This document shows, piece after piece, positions 39,714 to 53,898 of a stretch of DNA of 64,000 nt. Made by a program: the position numbers and the translations under genes. The notes beneath the pieces are model-generated. The model ran no database searches, was not told the DNA's origin, and saw only the letters and a program-made list of their open reading frames with translations. Source of the stretch: Octopus vulgaris (taxonomy: Eukaryota); the NCBI GenBank assembly GCA_951406725.2, contig OX597816.1, forward strand, positions 37,882,001-37,946,000, given 5' to 3'. The number at the start of each line of letters is the position of its first letter. Position 1 is the stretch's first letter.

Positions 39714-40438
39714 CTGGGGTCGTTGGTTAACTCTTCTGTGTTACTGGTCCCAGACTGGTCATTATATCTGGCAGTGGCGATTGTACTAGGGTCAATGACA
39801 TTAGAACTGGTTAATCTGTTACTGTCATCGCCTTCAATACTATCATTATTGTTGGATGGTACATTGCTGGTAATGCAGATGGCAGGTCTACGTGTCACCA
39901 TGGTTTCATAGATGACTCCTTTGGCGTTGCATTGGCCTCCTATTGGACAATTATTGTATACCCAGCAAGAGCAACCTGCCTCCTCCCTTGTTTTGTGGGT
40001 GTTTGTTAAAATATTTTTTATGTCAGGTGCACAACTAAAGGAGACTCTTAAGTTGTGCCTGTTAAATAAATGTCTATGTGTCTGCGTGAAGTGCTTATCT
40101 TTGAATTTGAGGAAAATCCTTCTCACACAAGTCTTCATGTTGAGTGAGAAGGGTGGGCAAACCAAATGACGTTTCTGCAGCACTTCCTTTCCGGGTGCTA
40201 GGGCCTGGCATGTAGGAGATGCAGTCCTTAAATCCACTCAATGCCAGTGAGTCGTTGTTGTAGGGGGCAGTGGTGTCGAAGATATCTTGGCTAGAGGATA
40301 GTTTTGAGATCCTCTTGCTTATACCCATCACTAAGCTTTTGAATACTATAGGGTGGTGGCAGGAGGCTGTGTTAATATAGGGTCTAAAGTAACATCTAGG
40401 AAATCTACTGCGAAGTGGAAAGTTAAATTTGTCTTTGT

Positions 40439-40504
40439 ATAGAGTCTGATAAACTGCCCACAAGGTTGTAGCTTTCATGGATATGAAACCATTGGTCACT
40501 CTAT
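40439..40504 (+). ncRNA. Inverted copy of the same hammerhead, core mutated
   Basis: atagagt-CTGATAA-actgcccacaagg...tttcatggatat-GAAA-ccattgg-TC-actctat. Confidence 0.7.
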
Positions 40505-40739
40505 GCCCAGTTGATTAATCAGCCGAAATTGCGAGGATGATGCAGTTCTTGACTGAAGATAAAAGGCTTCGAATGACCCATCCTTGTTTTTTTGTATTGT
40601 CTATCTGGTTGTTTTGTTGTCCCTTTTTGTATCACATAGTTGTCCAGGTGTTTTGCATTCTTGTCCCATTTTGTATTTTATTTTATATATATATATAGCG
40701 GCATACGTACACTTTGTTCTCTTATACACACACAAACAC

Positions 40740-42075
<1,336 letters not shown>

Positions 42076-44575
42076 CTTTCTTTTCTTTTTCTTTTTTGTA
42101 CTTGTTTCAGTCATTTGACTGCGGCCATGCTGGAGCACCGCCTTTAGAGTGGTGAAAGAGTACAGCAGGGATCACCCCCCCCCCTGCCGGAGCCTCGTGG
42201 AGCTTTTAGGTGTTTTCGCTCAATAAACACACACAACGCCCGGTCTGGGAATCGAAACCGCGATCCTCCGACCGCAAGTCCGCTGCCCTAACCACTGGGC
42301 CATTGCGCCTCATATATATATATATGATGGGCATCTTGTAGTTTCCATCTACCAAATCCATTCGCAAGGCTTTGGTCAGCCCAGGGCTATAATACAAGAC
42401 ACTTGCCCCAAGTGCCAGGAGTGGGAATGAACCTGGAACCATATGATTTGGAAGCAAACTTTTTAACCATACAATCTTTCCTACACCATAAACTTCATTG
42501 TCATTATTGTTATGAGATGTAGCAGTTTTATGTTTTTTTAATTTTTGTTATGGCTTAGAGGAAGAGGTGTGGTATCCTTAACCATTGACATGTCTGTGTT
42601 GATATCTTTAGTCAAAAGACCTGGTCTAATTAGTTGCAACGAAGTGGACTGGACTCTAATAAAGTTAGCCAAGGGACAAGTGGCAGTGTTAAACTGGGCA
42701 AGGAATTAGGTCTACCCCATTGAATAAGTACACTTCACTTGATGGCTTTCTATACATTTTCTGTCATTTTAATCTCAATGAATTCATACACTTCATTAGA
42801 AGTTGTGACTTTCACAATAACAAGTCTATTTTATGCCAGACTGTGTCAATAATGAGAAGACACACACACACTCAAGCATATGTATACATACATATACTGT
42901 TAATGAGATTATCTCTTCAAAAATCAAAAAGTGGATAACCAAAGACAACAGCTTTGAAACCTCCAGCTTATCATCATCGTTTAACATCCGTTTTCCATGC
43001 TAGCATGGGTTGGACGGTTCGACTGGGGTCTGGGAAGCCAGGAGGCTGCACCAGGCTCCAGTCTGATCTTGCAGTGTTTCTATAGCTGGATGCCCTTCCT
43101 AATGCCAACCACTTCGTGAGTGTAGTGGGTGCTTTTTACATGTCAGGGGAGGTTGGCAGTGGCCACGATTGGTTGGTGTCTTTTACGTGCCACCGGCATC
43201 GGCCACGTTCAGATGGTGCTTTTTACGTGCCACCGGCACAGGTATCACAACTACAATTTCCATTTGATTTTTTTGATGTTGATGTACTTGACTCAATAGG
43301 TCTCTTCAAGCACAGCAGGTCGCCTTACGATCCAAGGTAAGCACAGCTGGCCGTCCTGTGATCTTATAAATTTACATTTATACCAATAATGATCGATGCT
43401 CTTAGTCTTATGAGTTAATGCTTAAGTGACAATCTGAATAAGCTGGAGTTTTCAGCAACAGAAATCAACCAGCTAATATGCTCATTAAAAATATAATTTG
43501 TAGGTGGAATGATAAAATTATGCATGAGTTTTCTCAAGTTGAAAATGTGAATTTGTTTTTGCTATCTACATTTCTTCAATGGAACTTAGAAACCAGCTCT
43601 TTTGTTACCGGTAGATTTCAAATCATTAAAAATAGAAGAGAACACACACGTACGCACGCGCACGAGTTTTCCATCTGCCAATTTCTGTATGTATATATAG
43701 TTAATCCATGCATACATATATATATACATATGCTGTAGAAACACTGCAAGATCAGACTGGAGCCTGGTGCAGCCTCCTGGCTGATTAATCCACTGCGAGG
43801 ATGATCTGGTTCTTGACTGAGGATAAAAGGCTTCGAATGACCCATCCTTGTTCTTTTGTATCGTCTATTTGGATGTTTTGTTGTCCCTTTTTGTATCACC
43901 TAGTTGTCCAGATGTTTTGCGTTCTTGTCCAATTGGTCAGTCTGAACACCATACAGGAACAAACTCGAAATGACATTATTGCTAAGCGATCTCCTTAACC
44001 AAACACTGTTGCCTGCTTACTATAATATTGTAGTCATGTTGGTATATATATACATGTTTTACTGGAGTTAAATGGAAGTCATTGTTTTTAGAGCAGGGTC
44101 AATCGAATGATGACAGTTTTTAGTTTATACTTCAACGTTAAAACACAACAGAGTTGTTCCCCTTGCCACTTAAATGACTATAAATGCTTCAGTTGTGAAG
44201 ATTATATTTCTCATACATTTCGTTTTGGGATTTGGTTTGCAAGATTCTTTATGTGAGTTTGTGTGTTGAAGCATATTCTGTTGTGTCTGGGGAGAATCAT
44301 TTTCTTGTTGTGCCTTATAATTTAATACACTCACCAGTAAAATTATAAGGCACAAAAAGAAAATGACTCTCCCCAGACACAATTTTTCATACTGTTTTCA
44401 AATTATTTTGTTCCGTGTTAGTTAAATTTCTTTCTTAGAAAAAGGAAATGCTTTGCTGAAGTCGTTAGAACGTATGACTTTCCTGACATAAGGACTTACA
44501 ATTGTGGAATTAAATTATAGCACCAACCGTTAGACATAAAAGACGGCAGCAAGCCGTTTATTTTATCAATATATA

Positions 44576-44740
44576 GGCGCAGGAGTGGCTGTGTGGTAAG
44601 TTGCTTGCTAACAAACCACATGGTTCCGGGTTCAGTCCCACTGCGTGGCATCTTGGGCAAGTGTCTTCTGCTATAGCCTCGGGCCGACCAATGCCTTGTG
44701 AGTGGATTTGGTAGACGGAAACTGAAAGAAGCCTGTCGTA

Positions 44741-44796
<56 letters not shown>

Positions 44797-45013
44797 TGTG
44801 TGTATGTGTTTGTGTGTCTGTGTTTGTCCCCCTAGCATTGCTTGACAACCGATGCTGGTGTGTTTATGTCCCCGTCACTTAGCGGTTCAGCAAAAGAGAC
44901 CGATAGAATAAGTACTGGGCTTACAAAGAATAAGTGCCGGGGTCGATTTGCTCGACTAAAGGCGGTGCTCCAGCATGGCCGCAGTCAAATAACTGAAACA
45001 AGTAAAAGAGTAA
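44576..45013 (+). mobile_element. SINE family A, full length
   Basis: Matches 7367-7783 end to end. Confidence 0.9.
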
Positions 45014-45239
45014 GCTGGTTGAATCGTTGAAGAATCAGAAAAAATGCCTTGCGGTATTTGTTCCAGTCCTTTGAGTTCTGAGTTCTGAGTTCAAGTCACA
45101 GCGTGATCACCTTTGCATTTCATCCTGTCGGGGTTAATAATAAAAAAAAACAAAAAAAAAAGTCAAATACTTCAAAATTTCTGGCCATGTGCCTAAATTA
45201 AAAACAGTCGTTATTATGTTGTTTTTTTAAAATGTTTTA

Positions 45240-45560
45240 TCAATTTTCTTTGTATCAAATTTTTGCCAATATCTTTACAGTTTTCACTGAATCACTGCAA
45301 GTAACAAGGTTTCTAGTCGTTTGTCATTCGCTATATACTTCTTGAGATCACTTGTATACAGAACGAAGTTATTTGCCATTCCAATATCTGTATCCACTCT
45401 AATTTAGTATAGGTGTTAGCGTTACACACAAAATAAATAGAAAGAAAGTGTTCCCCTGGAGTATCCTTTCACAAATAGGAACCGATTTCGTGTTTGCAAT
45501 TCCCTCTTTTATTTATCTGTAAAATTATTTTCCATTAACTCTTGGCATTTTTGATGTTTC
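45240..45560 (-). mobile_element. Ancient R4/Dong-like non-LTR reverse transcriptase remnant
   Basis: RILQGNTF...SGYRY...NNFVLYTSDLKKYIANDKRLETLLLAVIQ..KDIG resembles RGIFQGDSL...HLLYMDDLKLYAKN..L..LL..V..FS.DIG. Confidence 0.6.
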
Positions 45561-46781
45561 TCTTTATTATTAGTAGTATCTGACGTATGGCTAATGATTC
45601 TGAAAAAAAAAATGTAGTCGATTCAGTCGATTATATTGATCTCAGAGAAATTATAGAATGTTTAGTGTAACATAATTATTTGCTAGTTTGTTTATTCAAT
45701 TTAGTTTGGAGTTCTGAGCTTGATCTACACCTGAATTAGCCTTGTTAATTAGTACAACTGAATCGTTAAGACGAACTATCGTTAGAGTAAAATACATTTA
45801 TTATTCTGCAGAAATTCGTTTTAATTCAGGGAATATGTCATTTCAAGAAGTTTCACATCGCATATAATTCACCGACTGTTCCCTGTTTAATTATTTTTTG
45901 TTTTAAATTGTGGCCTTAAATCAGTTAATGTATTTTAGAAATATTACTTTTCAAGCTAGGAAATTGTTCGCTGAAATTTGTATCCGTAATCACTTTAAAG
46001 AGATCACTAAATAAGTAAAATAGTTACTCATTGTTTCCGAGGTCGCGAATGGCGACGAAAGAACTGTGACGAACCTGATTGATTGGCTGTCAGACCAATT
46101 AATCAAACAATCGATTAATTAATTGGTTAAATGGTTTACTAGTTGATTAATAATCCTTTCTACAATAGGCGTAAGGCCTGAAAGTTTGAGCGAAGGAGCT
46201 AGTCAATTACATCGACGCCAGTACTCAAAAGAAGTGAACTAGAACTAGTGCGTGTGTTTATTATTGGCATACTAACCCTCTCGAGATAAAACAAGATATG
46301 TTTCAACACACGTTTTAGTATCAAGAATCTTGCCATCCGAAGATAAAATCGAAATAATTTCTTTACTTTTCCGAACTTATTTTTGGTGCATTTGTGTGTT
46401 TAGTTTTTCATGTTTATCATTTTTGGTAAGCGATCCTCTATGTCAGCAGTTGCGAACCGAATTTACAGTCGGACGTATATAAGCTTTGAAATGAACCACT
46501 GCTGGCTACGATTGAGTTGTTTCCTGTAGAAAAACCAGTTTTCTTGAAGCAGTTGCAGAATTTGATGAGTTGCGATATACGATGTGGTTAAAGATGAACG
46601 ATAAATATGTATTTATTGAACCTACCGATCCAATAATGGAGACGTGCGGTTTGATAGGGTATTGGGATTCTAATGATCGTGGGTTCGATTCGCAGAGCAG
46701 ATGGCGGGTTGTTGTGTGTTTGAGCAAGACGTAGTCTGGTACACTCTGTAACTCTGTACTTTGTCTCGTACTCTGTCAATT

Positions 46782-47164
46782 GTGGAGGCGCAATGGCCCA
46801 GTGGTTAGGGCAGCGGACTCGCGGTCATAGGATCGCGGTTTCGATTCCCAGACCGGTCGTTGTGAGTGTTTATTGAGCGAAAACACCTAAAGCTCCACGA
46901 GGCTCCGGCAGGGATGGTGGTGATCCCTGCTGTACTCTTTCACCACAACTTTCTCTCACTCTTACTTCCTGTTTCTGTTGTAGCTGTATTTCAAAGGGCC
47001 GGCCTTGTCACTCCCTGTGTCACGCTGAATATCCCCGAGAACTACGTTAAGGGTACACGTGTCTGTGGAGTGCTCAGCCACTTACACGTTAATTTCACGA
47101 GCCGGCTGTTCCGTTGATTCGGATCAACCGGAACCCTCGTCGTCGTAACCGACGGAATGCTTCC
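46782..47164 (+). mobile_element. tRNA-derived SINE family D with a 12-bp TSD; also 61843-62229(-) and 42147-42310(-)
   Basis: tggcccagtggttagg A box and ggtttcgattccc B box; TSD actctgtcaatt. Confidence 0.9.
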
Positions 47165-47916
47165 ACTCTGTCAATTAGTAAACGTTTTCTCGTTGAGGTT
47201 AACCTTCACCGTGTGAGCAATCCTATTGATTTAACAAAATGGGAGAATGGAATTTGTGACGTTCATCGCTTTCCCAACACCATTAGTAAATGAAGTGAAG
47301 TAACTACAATGCAACGGGTAACTGAATTCAAGTGGAAGATTTGGTTCAGAGGCAATTTTCCACCTACGTTGAGACCCTTAACATTCATTGGACTGAATAA
47401 ATTCGTTTACAACTGTAAGTTAATATCAGACGATACTAATAAAAGTAGCTAAATAATATAGGAAAGTAAATATTAATCAGGTCTGTGTCGTTAACCATCT
47501 GTTGATATGATAAGCCAGACAATATGATAAAGGAGTTGCGATTTATGTTATTAATCTCACTTAAAACAAGTTAGACAATTTTACTGTAGTACTTTTAAAT
47601 GTAACCATGTTTCTTAGAGTTCTGATGTTCAAGAGAGGCTGTTAAATAAATATGCTGTTTGAATAAGTTTATATTTCATAGCGGTGGTTACTAAGAGTAG
47701 CGTAGCTAGAAGAAGAGATAGAAGGTCCACACTGAGTGACGTTTTTATGGGGGCGACAGTTTTGGGTGTCCTTTATAAGCCTGTATAGGAACTTGGGGCC
47801 CCCAAAAAGGTGGTAAACTTGAGGACTGTTCCTTGGTGGCAAACACTCTAGCTATACCACTGTGTATGCGTTTGCTGGTGTGGGTAAAAACAAAATTACT
47901 TTCACGAGTCATGTCG

Positions 47917-48143
47917 ATGTATAAGGGCCGGTTTCCCGGTTTCCATGGCGTATAAAATTCCCTACCTGGACAGGACGCCGGTCTGTCACAGGATTACTCA
48001 ATTTTGCCAGCTGAGTGGACTGGAGCAACGTGAAATGATGTGTTTTGCTCAAGAACACAACGCGTCGCGCGGTCCAGGAATCGAAACCCCAATCTTACGA
48101 TCATGAGTCGAACACCCTAACCACTAAGCCATGCGCCTCCACT
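47917..48143 (-). mobile_element. tRNA-derived SINE with a V-domain-like core
   Basis: Minus strand tggcttagtggttagg and ggtttcgattcc boxes, then cttgagcaa and cctgtgacagaccggcgtcctgtccagg. Confidence 0.65.
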
Positions 48144-49099
48144 GTAGGTGTGGGTGTATGTGTCTGTAAAGCATACACGTACACAAGCCTTATGTATCTG
48201 CATAAAATACCTAAAAATTTACTGGGGTACATCTACACTTTAGCAAGACATGTTATGAATAATAGCTTGGTCTCTCAAATCACAAACCAGGAGCATAGGT
48301 AGGAGCAGCGAGGGACACGGTCCGCCCTGGGCGATGCTTTAATGGGGGTGGCACTTTTGCTGTATAAGCTCCTATTAGCTTATGCGTCATAGTGTGGGCA
48401 AACTGAAGGGCTATCTCGGGTGGTACATAGTCTAACTACGCCACAAGCTTTTACATACCAGGTTTTAAGGAGATAAGTACTGGGTATGATTTATTCATCT
48501 AAACCCTTCATGGCCGCTGTCAAATGATTGAAACAAGTAAAAAATAAAAGAATGTTTTGGTGAGAAAGTGAGAATTTACCACCCTAAAAAGAAGGACACA
48601 TTACATAATGCTGTCCTAGACATTAAAAGACCGAATGGGCTAGAGTGTTTTTCATCTTAGGTCTACTCGATCAGACTGACCAAGGGTTAAACAACAACAG
48701 CAGCAACATCAATCATAGCAGCAAATATACGTCGGTCAAAATGAATTTAAAATGTTCAAACTTTGTATCTGTAAAAGGGATTTTAAAGTGGTGTAAGGAA
48801 AACCGCCAGCAGGATGAAATGAAGTGTCGAAGGTCATCGCATTTAGAATGAAATAAACATTTCCTCTCGAAACTTATTAAAGACATTTATAGTAATCTCA
48901 TTTATCCTTCCATATGAATGAGAGTCCTTGCAGAGTGTCTACACAATATTGTTAAAAACTTCAGAATTGTGTCAAGGACAGAGTTGTAACACTAACCGCG
49001 TTTCATAGGCATTGCTGAAATGATAGCAAACACACATTTGTCGTAATAACAACACAGTTTATAAGCAACACAACAGCCTATGTCATGGGTATGACTTTA

Positions 49100-49820
49100 A
49101 ACCTCATCCAGTAGTAGGGCCCTGGTTCGGGAGTTCTAAGGTTTTGAAGAGAATAGAACCACCCCTTTGCCACTTTGTTCCCAGACCTATTCGGACTCGG
49201 AGTATGAGCATCTGTCCAGGGTTTCAGCTATGTGTTAACTGGCAAATTAGTTGGACAGATGAAGAATGTTAGCTTGGGTGGAGGACAACATATCTAGAAG
49301 AAGGAAAACTCTGATTCCAAACCTCTGCTGCTTTGTGGTCATAAACATCTATGGGATAGGTTTCGGGAGTAAATCCTGAGGATAAATAGGAACTCGATGC
49401 TTCTTTAGCAGTTTGAACGGGGTTGTTTACAACCTCGTTCTAGCAACTCCTGCAACGGCGCTGGTGCAAACTTGTAGCAGCCATGCCTATCTATTGGATC
49501 CATTCGTGACATGGACAGGGGAGACATGCTGCATGAGCAAGAACCTCTCCTGCATACCATACTGCCCAGGCTTGGATCCTATTGAACACACCGCATATTG
49601 GAGAGATAGAACCGATTACAACTCAGACAGCATCGGGAAGCCTACGAATGCCGATGGTGTGACAGAGACTGCTATTTGCGCATCGGACTGTTCAGCCACA
49701 TACAACACTGTTTCAGTAGGGCGGACAGCTAGTATCTTCATCTATAGTCATTAATGACCCACAGAGGCCTACAAAATGTTAATATCCAGAGGAACTGAGC
49801 TTATCATTGGATATGTTAAC
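49100..49820 (+). mobile_element. Probable 5' UTR remnant of an RTE-type LINE
   Basis: GC-richer block with a gaaggaaaactctgattccaaacc motif, ending at LIIGYVN, which resembles the start of an APE endonuclease. Confidence 0.35.
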
Positions 49821-51814
49821 AACAGCGACAACAATTATTGGGAGGATGATACAGAAGGCCAATGATTTGTTGGAGATGGGCATAGTTGATTAAATCCTTG
49901 TAGAATATTACTGGTATTTATAGAACCAACGAAGGAATATGTATATTACCATTCAGCCTGTTAGAAATAATAGTCAAATCTCCCTCAAATAATATTCTAT
50001 AAAGTAAAGAACACATTAGATAAAGTTTTCCGACTCTAAGATGATGGAATGGTTAAGGCTGGGATGCTTTTTGACTATTTTCTATTCCATCAGGGTTGAC
50101 CTTAATCTAAATAGCAATAACAACAATTGATATTTAGTTTTTTTAAAATTCTATCTGCTTCCAGAAATCTGAGAAGCAAACTCGACTGGTTAACAGAATC
50201 ATAAGTGCGTCGGAAAAAAATGTCTTCTTCAATTAGTTACGGTCAGATACGTTTTGAATGTGAGTCCCGCCGAAATCTACTTTGTCCGTCATCCCTCTGG
50301 ACTCGATAAAATAAAGTATTAATGAAATACTGGGGGCGATTCATATGATTGATTTTGTGCCTCCATTAGAAATGAATATGATATACTGAATTTAGAGTAG
50401 GCAACGTTTTCATTGTGGAAGAGCGTGGCATTGTGGTTCTGGTGGTACATAGTCTAAGTACGCCACAAGCTTTTACGTACCTGGTTTTAAGTGATGGGTA
50501 TGATTTATTCATCTAAACCCTGTCAAATGATTGAAACAAGTAAAAAATATAGAAAAAAAAACAAATTTTTGTTTAAAGAATGTTTTGGCGGGAACGTAAG
50601 AATTCACCGCCCTAAAAAGAATCATTATGACATGGGTTCAAATCTTGGAGATGCAATGGTGTTCTTGAGCAAGGCACTTCATTTCATGTTGCTTCAATCC
50701 ATTCGGTTAAAGATGAGTACCAATAACAGTTAGGGGGAAATCTCCTTTGGATGGGTGCTGAGCCCAAGAGTAGTCTTGTACTCTCAGTCGCTTAAATACC
50801 TCAAAAATCGAGGGCAGCTCTGGCTAAATAGCTCTAAAGTAGGGTTTCTCGACCATTTTTTTAAAGCTATGGACTCCTTTAATAACTATTTTATTCTGGT
50901 AGATCCCCATAGAAACTTCTTTCAAAATTCCTATCTTGTTTTCGACACATTAACTTATATAGGTTGAACAATGTAAAATGTCAGAGAAAACACCTAACCC
51001 TTTCTTGCAATACATACCAATACATACAAGACACAGCTAAAGCAAAACTTATTTAGGGACCTTTAAAATGTTATTGTGGATCCCCAATTTACTATTTTGT
51101 TGCATGGACCCCCAAAATCTTATATGGACTCTCAGCAGCCATAAGAACCCCGGTTGAGAAATACTGGTCTAAAGGATCATGACACGACGTTCACATCGAG
51201 TGCAAGACGTTGTCGATATTAAGAGCCCTGATAATTGTATTCACCGTTTTGATCCATAATTCTAATGTAGTTTTACTATTAGATATGAACATTAGATATG
51301 TTAAATGTCTATTGTTGCATCATGAGAGGGCGCTGTGATCGTGTCTAAATGTTAGTTGGTAATTTAAGGTGATGCAGAAATAATTTGTCTAAAAGGTGTT
51401 GTGGCTATCATCAATTTGATGTTGCAGTTATTATTGTTGTTGTTATTAAGGCGGTGAGCTGGCAGAGTTGTTAGCATGCTCTCTTTTACTCTTTTACTCT
51501 TTTACTTGTTTCAGTCATTTGACTGCGGCCATGCTGGAGCACCGCCTTTTAGCCGAGCAAATCGACCCCAGGACTTATTCTATCGGTCTCTTTTGCCGAA
51601 CCGATAAGTTATGGGGACGTAAAACACACCAGTATCGGTTGTCAAGCGATGTTGGGGGGTAGTCAAACACAGACAGACAAACACACACACATATATATAT
51701 ACATATATACGACGGGCTTCTTTCAGTTTCCGTCTACCAAATCCACTCACAAGGCTTTGTCCGGCCCGAGGCTATAGTAGAAGACACTTGCCCAAGGTGC
51801 CACGCAGTGGCACT

Positions 51815-52178
51815 GAGCTGGTGTGATATCATGGTGCAATATTCATCTTTTGTATGTCAATGACCAATATACTGGTTCACTCAAACGTCTCCAGATAGCC
51901 AACTAAAATTTTTTCTTAATCTCCTGAAGACGTAGAACAAACTCATAGTGGACGATGCCCTTTCAAAAGAGACTCTTTTACTCTTTTAGTCTTTTACTTG
52001 TTTCAGTCATTTGACCCCAGGACTTATTCTTTGGAAGTCTAGTACTTATTCTATCGGTCTCTTTTGCCGAACCGCTAAGTTACGGGGACGTAAACACACC
52101 ATCATCGGTTGTCAAGCGATGTTGGGGGATAAACACAGACACACAAACATATACACGCATACATATATACACACATAT

Positions 52179-52248
<70 letters not shown>

Positions 52249-52627
52249 GTACTACGGGCTTCTTTCAGTTTCCGTCTACCAAATCCACTCACAAGGCTTT
52301 GGTCGGCCCGAGGCTATTTTAGAAGACACTTGCCCAAGGTGCCACGCTGTGGGAATGAACCCGAAACCATGTGGTTGGTAAGCAAGCTACTTACCACACA
52401 GCCACTCATCATATCTTCACATCTGAGCGACTGTAACTTTTTTTTTTTTTGCGGCAACGCAGGAGTGGCTGTGTGGTAAGTAGCTTGCTAACCAACCACA
52501 TGGTTCCGGGTTCAGTCCCACTGCGTGGCATCTTGGGCAAGTGTCTCCTGCTATAGCCCCCGGGCCGACCAATGCCTTGTGAGTGGATTTGGTAGACGGA
52601 AACTGAAAGAAGCCTGTCGTATATATG

Positions 52628-52658
<31 letters not shown>

Positions 52659-53075
52659 TTGTGTGTCTGTGTTTGTCTCCCTAGCATTGCTTGACAACCG
52701 ATGCTGGTGTGTTTACGTCCCCGTCACTTAGCGGTTCGGCAAAAAGAGACCGATAGAATAAGTACTGGGCTTACAAAAAGAATAAGTCCCGGGATCGAGT
52801 TGCTCGACAAAAGGCGGTGCTCCAGCATGGCCGCAGTCAAATGACTGAAACAAGTAAAAGAGTAACGCTGATCCAATCAACTGCTCCAACTGCCATTTAT
52901 TCTATCATCGCAGCCGTACATTCACGTTTCGCCACGTACCATGTCACTCTTGAAGAAATTCTCATCAGCATTCGAACGTTCAAACAGCTCCACTCAATGT
53001 AACTCGGTTTTCTTTTTGTTCACTTTCCAGGAATCGGCACAAATTTAGTTACAATATCATCTTCAAATTTTTTGA
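51815..53075 (-). mobile_element. Fossil mariner transposase split by two SINE insertions
   Basis: Pieces TKFVP...EQKENRV...LFERSNADENFFK...GET, SRSDVK and KGIVHYEFV...ILHHDITPA are collinear with mariner DD34D transposases. Confidence 0.75.
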
Positions 53076-53829
53076 TAAAATATTGGGATTCTAATGATCG
53101 TGAGTTCGATTCGCAGACCAGATGGCGCGTTGTTGTGAGTTTGAGCGAGACGTAGTCTGGTACTCTCTGTAACTCTGTACTTTGTCTCGTACTCTGTCAA
53201 TTAGTCAACGTTTGATAATTTTCACCTAGTCAGAAAGCAGGACTTGGAAGCTGTCGTTTTGTACATTTTGGCAAAATCTTGAAATTAGCTTGTGTTATCA
53301 ATATTCCGAAAAAGGTACGTGTTTTTATATGAAACTGTAAACAAATTAGTTAAAAACTATTTATTTATTGATTTATGGTGAAAATGATCTTCATGGCATT
53401 GATTAGCGAATAAAAGTACATCATTACACTGAATATGAAATCAATTCGAAGAGAAATTGAAGAGATTGAAACTTGGTAGCCAAACAGAAAAGATCCACCA
53501 AGTGCACTAAATATACGTTCACCAAATCCACATTTCTTCTCGATCGATGTCTAAAGATCAAGGTCGTCAATACAACGCACCGGCTGGTTGGCTCGCCGTT
53601 TCACAAAATCCAGGTATTTTTTAGCGTATTCACACACACACACACGCTCGCACGCAAGAACGCACGCGCGCATCTATATGAACGCGCGCGTGTGTGATTG
53701 TGTCTATGTGTAACAGTGTTTACATCAACGTGGGGTGTGAACGGTTACCCTCTAACTAATTTTGCAAATCGTTTTAAGAGCATTATCAGTATCTCGCCGA
53801 TATACCTTGCACATACATACATACATACA

Positions 53830-53896
<67 letters not shown>

Positions 53897-53898
<2 letters not shown>

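Larger units (their letters stand above)
38275..40510 (-). mobile_element. Second Penelope-like element, 5'-truncated, with an inverted pseudo-LTR and an internal SINE trimer
   Basis: YINTASCHHPIVFKSLVMGISKRISKLSS, LFNRHNLRVSFSCAP, CSC...CPIGGQC..GVIY and KYIGSASTSFK; 38290-38388 is an inverted copy of 40405-40510. Confidence 0.9.

Noticed and set aside
45286-45394. Possible terminal exon of a minus-strand gene
   Set aside because: The peptide matches the YMDD region of an R4-like RT and is surrounded by stops and frameshifts.
46783-46860. tRNA-like cloverleaf (also at 48070-48143, 10903-10950 and the family A heads)
   Set aside because: These are SINE heads followed by SINE bodies and TSDs, with no proper acceptor stem.
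52915-52975. Minus-strand CTGATGA...GAAAC...TA hammerhead-like spacing
   Set aside because: No convincing stems; the bases are mariner coding sequence (NADENF...GET).
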